In this document: one piece after another, positions 51,301-59,214 of the stretch
Numbering within the stretch: the stretch's first letter is position 1
How the letters are laid out: the number at the start of each line of letters is the position of its first letter
Virus record (IMG/VR): IMGVR_UViG_3300009071_000006
DNA: 64,000 nucleotides
Reading direction: 5' to 3' (one strand)
Source of the DNA: a virus
Notes under the pieces: model-generated
Seen by the model: only the letters and a program-made list of their open reading frames with translations
What the model was told of the DNA's origin: nothing
The model's database searches: none
Position numbers and translations under genes: made by a program

Positions 51301-52083
51301 GTCTGCACCTGATGCACCATCTACACCTCTAGGGATAGTAAAGTTTAGAACCTTATTTAGTGCTGTTGAAGAACTATCAAGAGATACACTTGCTGAAGTT
51401 CCCGCACTTCCTGTTGTTACTGTTCCTATAACAATTGTTGGAGTTCCTCCGCTTGCTCCTAAAACCTGTCCTGCATTGATCACATTACCATCACTAAGCG
51501 TAATTACAAGATCGCCTGTCGTTGCAGTTGCGCTTGTTACATCTACGCCATCTTGTCCATTAATGTTTAATGAAGATGTTCCCCATGCACCACCTGCCCT
51601 CGGTCCATAAAAATCTCCTGAGTCTGTATCTACATATAAATCGCCATCTGTGCCTGTTACACCATCCTGAGGCGCTCCTGTTCCTGTAAGATATGTTGAG
51701 GAAGTTCCGTCTACACCTCTTAGGTCTTGTGTTACGACATCTGCATTTCCATTTTCTCCTGTAAATGTAATTTGCCCTGACGTTGCGTCATAAACCGCTC
51801 CTGAGTATCCTGCTCCGTCTACGCCATTAGTTCCTGCAAAGATTCCTTGATCTTGAAAATTACTTGAGGTAGTTGGGGCTAAATTCTTAGGTAATTTCCA
51901 CAACCTAAAGTTACTAACATTTATAGCATATTGATCAAATTGCTCTTGATTGATTATAGCACCACCCACGAAAGGATCACTATCACCAACGCTTGAGTAT
52001 GTTTCTATTGTTGAACCATCTACCCCTGAAGCACCTGTGCCTCCTGCTGTAGTTCCGCTAGTATTTGATAGTGACCAACTCAT
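48340..52083 (-). CDS. Tail fibre protein with G-x-DG repeats and LamG/ConA-like lectin domain
   Basis: Repeated GVDG/GTDG/GADG motifs and DGDLYVDTDSGDFYGP. The C-terminal part has NIFGVFQ...LNGGLIGS...EGYLAHKWGL, typical of Laminin_G_3 domains. Confidence 0.7.
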   Translation of the reverse strand: MSWSLSNTSGTTAGGTGASGVDGSTIETYSSVGDSDPFVGGAIINQEQFDQYAINVSNFRLWKLPKNLAPTTSSNFQDQGIFAGTNGVDGAGYSGAVYDATSGQITFTGENGNADVVTQDLRGVDGTSSTYLTGTGAPQDGVTGTDGDLYVDTDSGDFYGPRAGGAWGTSSLNINGQDGVDVTSATATTGDLVITLSDGNVINAGQVLGASGGTPTIVIGTVTTGSAGTSASVSLDSSSTALNKVLNFTIPRGVDGASGADGVDGTTFTRTEIITRDSGDIGQIHVDSEEGKLYQKKETSHVSSLTISFADFSGDDNTLDPNGRYEFTGFMETVDGRLRAEYALDRDNGNPAPDYKIVFDETENEWELISNTDPVPPPLARCPDANIDGECGVYLNTAKWDVENQNYPSSTLPSVSGNETTDEYIFLKEKAVTQVGSFVNEGVKTALTIPQKKGYVRGVPYFGVTHTTDGVKMTGAIHTDASENVEDSSSLSVDWKLNKVHLEVTGACEILIYAKTSDNIVVTDDDSIGIGSAYEGVYTLQLAEVSGKNAYLNNNSKWITWDNTAWAIRDSSGGFAVREITTQGVEDPSTLTRSETNLLNFYPERKSLTIGALSDAEGNTHTNTGTADTISFGSAFSGEIFLEELSDTSDYPEVHFQLLTKDEVNLSVSYLKYLNLTTCWNKIVDVANPEGLTLGGLTNVNRLADSPLTDGQLIRWSESLQEWGLATLDATAWYGGYSLPSDDLGSDGDYYFNFTTKDISRKENGVWVVRVNTSSGADGVSVSTIEENDGTEEGKPAFSITITLDDGTEFTSSSLKGDTGANGSAAGLPTGGGGETTGTGTGDTDFTPAEVNSEFWVDSSKASTITSNVSGILTWADAYAQGVNMVNPSIVNFPALASYTGVTAGFSALNVVTLDGVTDTLKTNSNPASADGDFNIFGVFQIDNTVDGIIIDYGNGSTTGSFKVHIDTGNLKLTTTSNTNSISTTTLASSVTTGNVFVLGIKARSVDYEVRLNGGLIGSAISADITGSINAKDFSIGDPAETATAISKHCEWVLGLSHITDAQALQKEGYLAHKWGLTDNLSSTHPHKTTRPVTQGGTRGQVLIKVGEGDYDVAWADQTPYNRFLTTGIDPQYDVDVSAHGATILADGKVNAMDLILPYDPADGWQCNFINRNDFPVRILAKDAGGAIDNVIPDGGWAVSGDLSSASWMKNNGDSCTATWHASGNTWLVIGNVRTYEEAFTVTSSIK

Positions 52084-52397
52084 TATTCAAAAACGTACCT
52101 GATTGACCCTGCCTGATTTCCGTAAACTTGAACAGGAGCTTTAACTCTTGTCCCTTCTCTTCTTAAATCAAATGCAAATGTCTCGCCTGACTCTACAGGG
52201 AATCCATTACTTGCATCCACATCTATAATAGCACCAACGCCATCTCTTTCTTCAGTCCATCCTACATAAACTACAAAGGGCGCAGCCGATGTGTTTTTAA
52301 TTATTCCATGAGTAAGAATTTTCTTCTCATTACCTCGTCCACCTTCAGGGATTAATTCATGCATTCCTGCACCTGTAAAATTGTACGCACCTCTCAT
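52083..52397 (-). CDS. Small beta-rich virion-associated protein
   Basis: ORF track. ATGA overlap with the fibre gene. Confidence 0.55.
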   Translation of the reverse strand: MRGAYNFTGAGMHELIPEGGRGNEKKILTHGIIKNTSAAPFVVYVGWTEERDGVGAIIDVDASNGFPVESGETFAFDLRREGTRVKAPVQVYGNQAGSIRYVFE

Positions 52398-52475
52398 AAT
52401 ATATTTGATTTAATTTTAATACCTTATCTTACTTTACATTTATAAAGTAGGTACTCAATTAAATGTGCGTCAAAG

Positions 52476-53669
52476 CTATTTTTTTGGCTTAGCTTTTTTT
52501 GGCTCTTCTAGTACTTCAACTTCGACTGCTTCTACATCTTCAACATTTACTTCTTCAGGTGGAGGATCAGGATATATGCGTCCGTCATTTTCTTCATTAT
52601 ATTTTTCGCCCTGCACAAAAGAATAATGTGGATTATGTCTTTGCCTTAGGTGTCCTGCATAATCTCCCTCAGGTTCATGAAATGCTTGAACATGAATAAA
52701 TTTATTAAAGTCCTGACCATGTTCTTCGTCATTTGAATCTTTTGCCCTAGCTCTAACTACATGATCGCATATCACATGAGTACAAACAGCCATATTCAAT
52801 CCATGAGGATTCCACCAATTCCAACATAAAAATAAATCTTGAGTGCCACCTCCTTGATATCCGTCAAAGTGCGCCATAGCTAACGCTTTTTTACTAAGCA
52901 TTGTGCATCCCATTCCCACCCAATCTGTAGGCAAGATAGCACCCTTACCCAAAGCAGGATATGCCGACTCCATCCACCCTCGCTTTCTCCATCCATGTTC
53001 GCCTATTATTTTAAACACATTATCTTTTGGTGGATGCTTTTTTATTTCATCATGTAGCTCAGCCCTTTCTTTATACCAATCCTCATCAGGTCTAAAATCC
53101 TTGTCTTCCATTTGAGCATCTCTTTTTTCTATTTTCTTTTGAAGCTCTTCAGGTAAATCCCTTTCTTCAGGTAAATAGTCCTCTGCTATTGGATGCTGAT
53201 ACGATCCTCTACCACCCAAGAATGATCCTCCTCCCTGCGAAGGATAGGTACACATTACTACATCATAATATCCGTCATCAAATTTTAATAGTTCCTTGCT
53301 TGTGCTTAATGCATTGTAAGGTACTAGCACATCTGCCTCCACGCTCCAAAGCTTGCTTACGTTTAATTTTCTTGCCTCCGTAAACGCATAGCTTTGCATT
53401 TGTGCAATCATTAACTGAGCATCATTTTTGTAATTCCTTTTTTCCTCGTCATCTATGTCTAAAGGTAAAATAATAGGAATCCACCCTTTTGGTAATGCAT
53501 CAATAATAAATGTTTTTATCACACTATCCATTACTTCGCTTCTGTCTGTCACGAAGATAAAGTATCCTTTTTTCTCGTTTGCGTGTTGAATTGCAGAAAC
53601 AATCCTTCTGCTAAAATTCGGAATGGCGTAAGAATATCTTTTGGTGGCAAAGGTGGCTATAGCTATCAT
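52476..53669 (-). CDS. Glycosyltransferase-like protein (GT-A, GT6-like N-terminal signature) with Lys-rich C-terminal tail
   Basis: MIAIATFATKRYSYAIPNF...YFIFVTD resembles the GT6-type start (..A.gKY...F..S......Y.FTD). Start chosen at 53669, just after the upstream stop. Tentative. Confidence 0.35.
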   Translation of the reverse strand: MIAIATFATKRYSYAIPNFSRRIVSAIQHANEKKGYFIFVTDRSEVMDSVIKTFIIDALPKGWIPIILPLDIDDEEKRNYKNDAQLMIAQMQSYAFTEARKLNVSKLWSVEADVLVPYNALSTSKELLKFDDGYYDVVMCTYPSQGGGSFLGGRGSYQHPIAEDYLPEERDLPEELQKKIEKRDAQMEDKDFRPDEDWYKERAELHDEIKKHPPKDNVFKIIGEHGWRKRGWMESAYPALGKGAILPTDWVGMGCTMLSKKALAMAHFDGYQGGGTQDLFLCWNWWNPHGLNMAVCTHVICDHVVRARAKDSNDEEHGQDFNKFIHVQAFHEPEGDYAGHLRQRHNPHYSFVQGEKYNEENDGRIYPDPPPEEVNVEDVEAVEVEVLEEPKKAKPKK

Positions 53670-53679
53670 ATTTTCTTTA

Positions 53680-56600
53680 TTATTCGGTGGTGTGAAACAT
53701 TGCATATTTGTTAAACTCACTTGTTATGTAATAGTCAAGCCCCGATGGTTGCCTACCGATAGCAGGATGTTTTAATGCTTCAGGCTGAGCGTTTTGTAGT
53801 CTTGCATAATTAGTATCATTTACGTGTACCATGTGGTAATCTACATAATCATCGCCTGTGTTTTGTCTTGTGCTTTGATTTCTTTGTATTCTTCTGTTAA
53901 TTAGCAACTCAGGGTACTCACTCCACTCTCCATATGCTACTTCTTCTATATACGATCCCATAAAAGAATATTGGTTATGTGCATTTAGATATGCTTCTAA
54001 TATATTTACATCTACTCCAATTCTTTCATATTTATCATAAATGCAAGGTCTTTTAATGTGTAAGAAATAATCTATGGTGAAAGTGCTGTGATTTTTCAAC
54101 TCTACGCCAAAAGGTTTGTGTGGATGCATTAGGTACATCTCAGGCACTTCGTATGAAATTATTTCATTATCTAGGCTCATTATATCGCTTCCCGCAGGTG
54201 GTAAGTTTGCAAATAAATCATTATACGACCATGTAGCAACATTCATGGACTTTCTGTATAACCTTATAGGAAGTGGAATGTGATCAAAACTATCAAAGTT
54301 TACGTGAGGAGAAACAGGAAGCATAGCAACAGTCAAGTGTCCACCAATTACATTTTCATGTTTAGCCCTATACTGCCCCCCTATGTCTCTACTAAAGTTA
54401 TCAACTTGACCACCCTTTGTCCACTTCTGCTCGTTAAACGTATGGTATGTTTTACAACCACAACAGTCAGGCTGAACTATTGGAAAAGTTTGTCTATGGA
54501 CTAAGTAATATCTTGGATCGCTTGAGCCTAGTATGAAGTTGCCACTAAGGTAAGTCTTTGATTCGGCTCTTTGTGACTCTATACTAAACGGAATTGTTCC
54601 TGATGTTCCCGATTCTCGTATCGCCCTCCAAACTCCATCATTTCCTGATTTTAGAGTAGAAATTTTTTGACTACTTGTTTTATAAAACCATCTATCTCGT
54701 ATGTTAGGATGTGACCCTGATGAAGTTAAAGTAAAATGCGTGTTTTCTAAATAATCTTTATAAAATCCTGAATCACTTGTAAATCGTGCATCCAAACTTT
54801 CTGTCTCCATTACATAAACATCATTATATGAAGTTGTCTTATCTTCCCTGCTATGTGCTATTGCATATACACCTTTTTGGAAAATTTTCGTTTCTAGGAT
54901 AAGTTTTTTTATTACCCTTCTTCCATCTACCCAATTAGTTCTATACTCAGGATGATTTTGGTACATCTCGTAGTTGTCTCCTTCAGCGCCCATTCCCTGT
55001 GCATAAAATGGTTGAAGGTGACCATTGTATCCTTCGCAATGTTCTGTTCTTGTATATATTTTTTGTGACCTTAGATAAGGCTGAATCAAGTCCTCATTCT
55101 TTATATGCTCATACAAACCAAAATTTAAAGGTTCTGTTCGTGCTTGTAAAAAAACATACTGAGTGTTGTTGAATGATGTATCAAAGAGTCTTAAAGGAGG
55201 CTCACGACCAAAAGCAAATGCAGGAGTTTCACCAACTGCATATTGGGGGAATTGAAAATGATAATTAACTGATCCGATATTCCTGTCGAATATTTTCTGT
55301 ACCCAATCTCCGTGAAATTCTGCATTAGTGTCATTCCAAGGACTAAACCATCCATTCTGAGGAAGCCAAATATCTCCACTTGTGTATCTTGGTACAGGAT
55401 AATGCATTGCCCCATAGTATGACTGCATGCCGTAATAAGGAGGTGCTATATCACTTCCCTCAAGCTTAATACTAACGACTGTGGAGGACTTAATTTCTTT
55501 TGTCATTGTGGAGTGATGAAATGTACTCCAAAATGTCCAAGAATAAGGATCACAAGATGGATCTCTTTTCTGAGGTTGATTATTAGAATTAGGTGGATTC
55601 CAAGGATTGCCAAATTGGTCAAGAACTTGCTTGTCTCCATTGTTATCTATATATGAATATGACTGTAGCTGATTCATTCCACCACTTGACATTCCCATTC
55701 CTGAACTACCCATACCAACTCCAAACTCTTTTGAATTACCGCAGTTATCCATGTATACAACTTGGTAACATCCGTTCATGTTAAAAGGATCGGTTAAGTT
55801 GTTCCAATTAAGCTCTGTTATTACTGTATCGGAATCATAGTCTGATAAACAAAACTCCATCCATCCATCCATATCGTGATATATTGTATGCTGATAGGAC
55901 TCCCAATATGTTACTACTGCATCTGTTAAATATGTTCGTGTTATTATTCCACCGTTTATGGCGCTAAACATAGACCCATTAACCACAGGAGGTTGTGCCC
56001 TGTCACCTTGCTGTCTATACCCTAACTCCCATCCTCCTGTAGTTAGAATTAAAGGGTTTTTATATGCTTTAAAGTCTGAGACTTCAAGTCCTCCATATGC
56101 TAAAACTGAATACACTTGTTCTGATGTTCCACCATAAGTTTCTCCTGTTGTTCTAGCTGAGTGTATAAATACATTTCCGTGATACCCTGAAGAGTACGTG
56201 TGGCAAACTATATAAGGTCTATCCGCGCTCCCTTCCCTACCCCATATTTTTATTTTATAATCATATGAGGTTTTCCCTTGCTTTGTTCTCGTACTTCCTG
56301 CCGTAGCTGTATAATCTGTTTTTTGTGCGTCATGTGATCCATTTTCATCCCCTAAATCTGTAAAACCTTTTACTACTGCGGGAGTTTTTCTACTATTTCC
56401 ACCTTGTGCTTCAAGAGAAGTATAAGAGGCTTTCATATTCTTATATGCTGTTTTAGACGCTCTAGTAGTTACACACGATGCTGTATTTATTTGATATTGT
56501 CCCCACTCTCCACCTACTCCCCATTGTTCAAATTGTTGTGATCCTTTTGATGAGAAATGTTTCGCATACCAAACCTCAGGTGAAGTAGTCTCCTCGCTAA

Positions 56601-58533
56601 AAGAGAATCGATCTCGCTGTCCGTCCTTATATTTTACTGCTTGTCCTCCTGTAGTTACATCTTTAAGATTATAGTGATCAGATGCTTGTACTTTTTTTGT
56701 TGCTGTATATTTTACATAAAAGAGTTCTCTTCCATCCGCATCTGCTGTGTTGCCGTTTGCATCTGTGTATGGCACTTTACTAGGAAGTTCGTATACAGCT
56801 AATGTTTTCTCAAATTGCATCGGATTCTTGTCGTCTATTAATCCGTGATCAAAATTTACTTGAGTTGTTACTCCTGTCGTAGGTAAAACCTGAACCCACT
56901 TTGGTAAATTGACTCCCACGTTAGAACCAACATGAAAGTGTTTTTCTGCTGTTATTTCAGGAATTTCTATAGACTCTATATCTGTAGGGTTTTGATCTCT
57001 TATTATTTCTAAGGTTTCTGCTGTTCGCACAGTTATGGTTATTGCTGAAGAGGAAAAATCAACGCCTGTATAATTACCTTGATCTCTCCATGAACCCATA
57101 TCCCTTGTTGCTTCTTCCGCATAATGCATAGATTTATCCCAAGGGCTGTGCATTGGCATTAATGTAGAAGACATTACTGTAACCTCGCTTTCGCTATTCG
57201 CTATTTCCCTAACCCATTTTCCATTGGTGTCTGATTCCAATCCTCTTCTTGTATGAAATCTCGCCTCGTCATTATTAACCTCTTGATGCATAAAGTCGTA
57301 TGTTACGGCATTATGTGTAGTTCCTCCTCCGCTTCTACCGTCTTCCTTTCTACCATAGAAGGTTCGCATTATGTTTTCCGTTTTTGGGTCATCTGAGTGT
57401 GACCCTGTTGATCCTACAGGTGCTTTTGTTCCTGCATTAGCACCCGTAAACTCGGTTTCTGTTGTAGAAGAAAGTGTTATATTATTTTGTTTTGGTTGCG
57501 TTCTTGTATTTGTTGCTTCCCCTGTAGATCGAAAATATGATCCATCAAAAACAAAAGTACTACTAACTTCACTAAATGCATCAGGAGGATCAGAATCCGA
57601 AAACCAATGGTACAGGGTTGTTTTGTCATATGAATGCTTTGTATGAACGTATACAGTATCTTCGTATGCATCTTCATCATGGTTTGATCGCCTATATGGA
57701 ATTACCTTTAGTTCCACACAACGCATATCTCCTACTCCAAAACTTAGAGTGTTATACTTTAGTATAGTGTTTCCTCTTCTTGTGGTAAGCGTAATGGTTT
57801 CAAAGTCCTGTTGCCTCTCGCCTTTAGAATTGTCCCTTTGAGTGCCTACCTCATATGTTGTTGTATCGTCAGAAGCATCTTTGTGTACTACTATTGTTCC
57901 TTGATAAGTGGGATTCCAAGATGACGAAGTCACATAAGTTTCACCATTTACTTGCTGTCCCCTATTTCCTTGTACTTGGATTGCTTGGCTTGTTATGTAG
58001 TAGGATGCTTGTCCTTTGTGCAATCTTTCTGTTGTAGTATATCCGTCAGTCGTGTATTCAATATTGGTTACTTGTGCAATTTGTACTGTTTGCTTGTTTG
58101 CAAATAAGTTATTATTATGCTCTGTGTCAGGTCTTGATCGAGCAGGGTCTTGAAATGTGTATTTTTCATTTATTTTTTCTTCGCCTCGCTCAATTTCTGT
58201 TACTAATGAACTTTTATACTCTCCACATTGCAATCCGCAAGATACGTCCTCTCCCTTTACGGTTCTTTGTATAGACATATTTTGTATGCGTACTTCTACA
58301 GATTTTGTATACCCTATAGGCACACCCTGTCCGCAATTACTAAATGGTGCTACTGTTACTTTTGTTGTCCCATCATTAGTCTCACTAAACTTGTATGCAT
58401 TTTTTGAATAGTTAGGGTAATTAGCATTTTCTGTAGCACTATGATGGTTACGCTGTGTGTGCGTGCCTGAATATGTGTAGCTTGCTAATGTGTCATCATA
58501 GCTACCTGTAGTTAAGTAAGTTATGTATGGCAT
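53680..58533 (-). CDS. Giant virion/tail-associated protein (1617 aa)
   Basis: ORF track. Tyr/Thr/Ser/Trp-rich and beta-rich. Contains the SCDPYSWTFWS motif. Confidence 0.6.
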   Translation of the reverse strand: MPYITYLTTGSYDDTLASYTYSGTHTQRNHHSATENANYPNYSKNAYKFSETNDGTTKVTVAPFSNCGQGVPIGYTKSVEVRIQNMSIQRTVKGEDVSCGLQCGEYKSSLVTEIERGEEKINEKYTFQDPARSRPDTEHNNNLFANKQTVQIAQVTNIEYTTDGYTTTERLHKGQASYYITSQAIQVQGNRGQQVNGETYVTSSSWNPTYQGTIVVHKDASDDTTTYEVGTQRDNSKGERQQDFETITLTTRRGNTILKYNTLSFGVGDMRCVELKVIPYRRSNHDEDAYEDTVYVHTKHSYDKTTLYHWFSDSDPPDAFSEVSSTFVFDGSYFRSTGEATNTRTQPKQNNITLSSTTETEFTGANAGTKAPVGSTGSHSDDPKTENIMRTFYGRKEDGRSGGGTTHNAVTYDFMHQEVNNDEARFHTRRGLESDTNGKWVREIANSESEVTVMSSTLMPMHSPWDKSMHYAEEATRDMGSWRDQGNYTGVDFSSSAITITVRTAETLEIIRDQNPTDIESIEIPEITAEKHFHVGSNVGVNLPKWVQVLPTTGVTTQVNFDHGLIDDKNPMQFEKTLAVYELPSKVPYTDANGNTADADGRELFYVKYTATKKVQASDHYNLKDVTTGGQAVKYKDGQRDRFSFSEETTSPEVWYAKHFSSKGSQQFEQWGVGGEWGQYQINTASCVTTRASKTAYKNMKASYTSLEAQGGNSRKTPAVVKGFTDLGDENGSHDAQKTDYTATAGSTRTKQGKTSYDYKIKIWGREGSADRPYIVCHTYSSGYHGNVFIHSARTTGETYGGTSEQVYSVLAYGGLEVSDFKAYKNPLILTTGGWELGYRQQGDRAQPPVVNGSMFSAINGGIITRTYLTDAVVTYWESYQHTIYHDMDGWMEFCLSDYDSDTVITELNWNNLTDPFNMNGCYQVVYMDNCGNSKEFGVGMGSSGMGMSSGGMNQLQSYSYIDNNGDKQVLDQFGNPWNPPNSNNQPQKRDPSCDPYSWTFWSTFHHSTMTKEIKSSTVVSIKLEGSDIAPPYYGMQSYYGAMHYPVPRYTSGDIWLPQNGWFSPWNDTNAEFHGDWVQKIFDRNIGSVNYHFQFPQYAVGETPAFAFGREPPLRLFDTSFNNTQYVFLQARTEPLNFGLYEHIKNEDLIQPYLRSQKIYTRTEHCEGYNGHLQPFYAQGMGAEGDNYEMYQNHPEYRTNWVDGRRVIKKLILETKIFQKGVYAIAHSREDKTTSYNDVYVMETESLDARFTSDSGFYKDYLENTHFTLTSSGSHPNIRDRWFYKTSSQKISTLKSGNDGVWRAIRESGTSGTIPFSIESQRAESKTYLSGNFILGSSDPRYYLVHRQTFPIVQPDCCGCKTYHTFNEQKWTKGGQVDNFSRDIGGQYRAKHENVIGGHLTVAMLPVSPHVNFDSFDHIPLPIRLYRKSMNVATWSYNDLFANLPPAGSDIMSLDNEIISYEVPEMYLMHPHKPFGVELKNHSTFTIDYFLHIKRPCIYDKYERIGVDVNILEAYLNAHNQYSFMGSYIEEVAYGEWSEYPELLINRRIQRNQSTRQNTGDDYVDYHMVHVNDTNYARLQNAQPEALKHPAIGRQPSGLDYYITSEFNKYAMFHTTE

Positions 58534-58535
58534 GA

Positions 58536-59138
58536 CTAACTAGCCATTACTTCGTATGACCAATATGCTGAATCGTCTCCACCTATTCTTATTGGATAAA
58601 TTACCAAGTTATGGCATCCAACTATTCTATGAAATGTCATTCCCTTTCTTACCCCTATAACAATCTTTGCTGAAGTTGGGTATGACTGCTCGGGAGCAGG
58701 GGCATCAGGAATGCTTCCTTCTTCTGAAATACTCCAAGTTTCAATTCCTCCCGTAGTTCCAAATGTAACCTCCAAGCATACATACTGTGGACTAGGATTT
58801 TTTGCTGTTGGGTCTATGCCTGTTTTAAGTTCAGTTTCATCCGTTACTGAATTATTTACCCTACCATAAGTCATTACAGCCTTATATGTTGTAGGGTCAC
58901 TATCTTCTTCTGCCTCAAATTTTACATCCCACGGACAGTTACAGTCAGGCGCTCCTGCTCCTCCTTTACCTCCTGCGGGTGTACCATGTAAAATTACTTC
59001 ATCTACCGATTCTTGCTTTCTTAAATTCTCTCCTGCAATTATTTTTTTATGCTTAGGTATCTTATCTAAGTGATCAGCAATCTTATCAAAAGCTTTTTGT
59101 AATGAGTTGTTGTTAAACCTAAACCTTGGTGCTTTCAT
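58536..59138 (-). CDS. Virion-associated hypothetical protein (200 aa)
   Basis: ORF track. Confidence 0.55.
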   Translation of the reverse strand: MKAPRFRFNNNSLQKAFDKIADHLDKIPKHKKIIAGENLRKQESVDEVILHGTPAGGKGGAGAPDCNCPWDVKFEAEEDSDPTTYKAVMTYGRVNNSVTDETELKTGIDPTAKNPSPQYVCLEVTFGTTGGIETWSISEEGSIPDAPAPEQSYPTSAKIVIGVRKGMTFHRIVGCHNLVIYPIRIGGDDSAYWSYEVMAS

Positions 59139-59212
59139 TCTTTAAATATCCAATCTAATATTATTATTCCTATTAGCATAAATATAAACCAAAATATTAT
59201 TGATGCGTCCAT
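59135..59212 (-). CDS. Micro-ORF, 25-aa membrane peptide
   Basis: Own translation: MDASIIFWFIFMLIGIIILDWIFKE. GAGGAAG Shine-Dalgarno 7-8 nt upstream. ATGA overlap with the next gene. Confidence 0.35.
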   Translation of the reverse strand: MDASIIFWFIFMLIGIIILDWIFKE

Positions 59213-59214
59213 CT

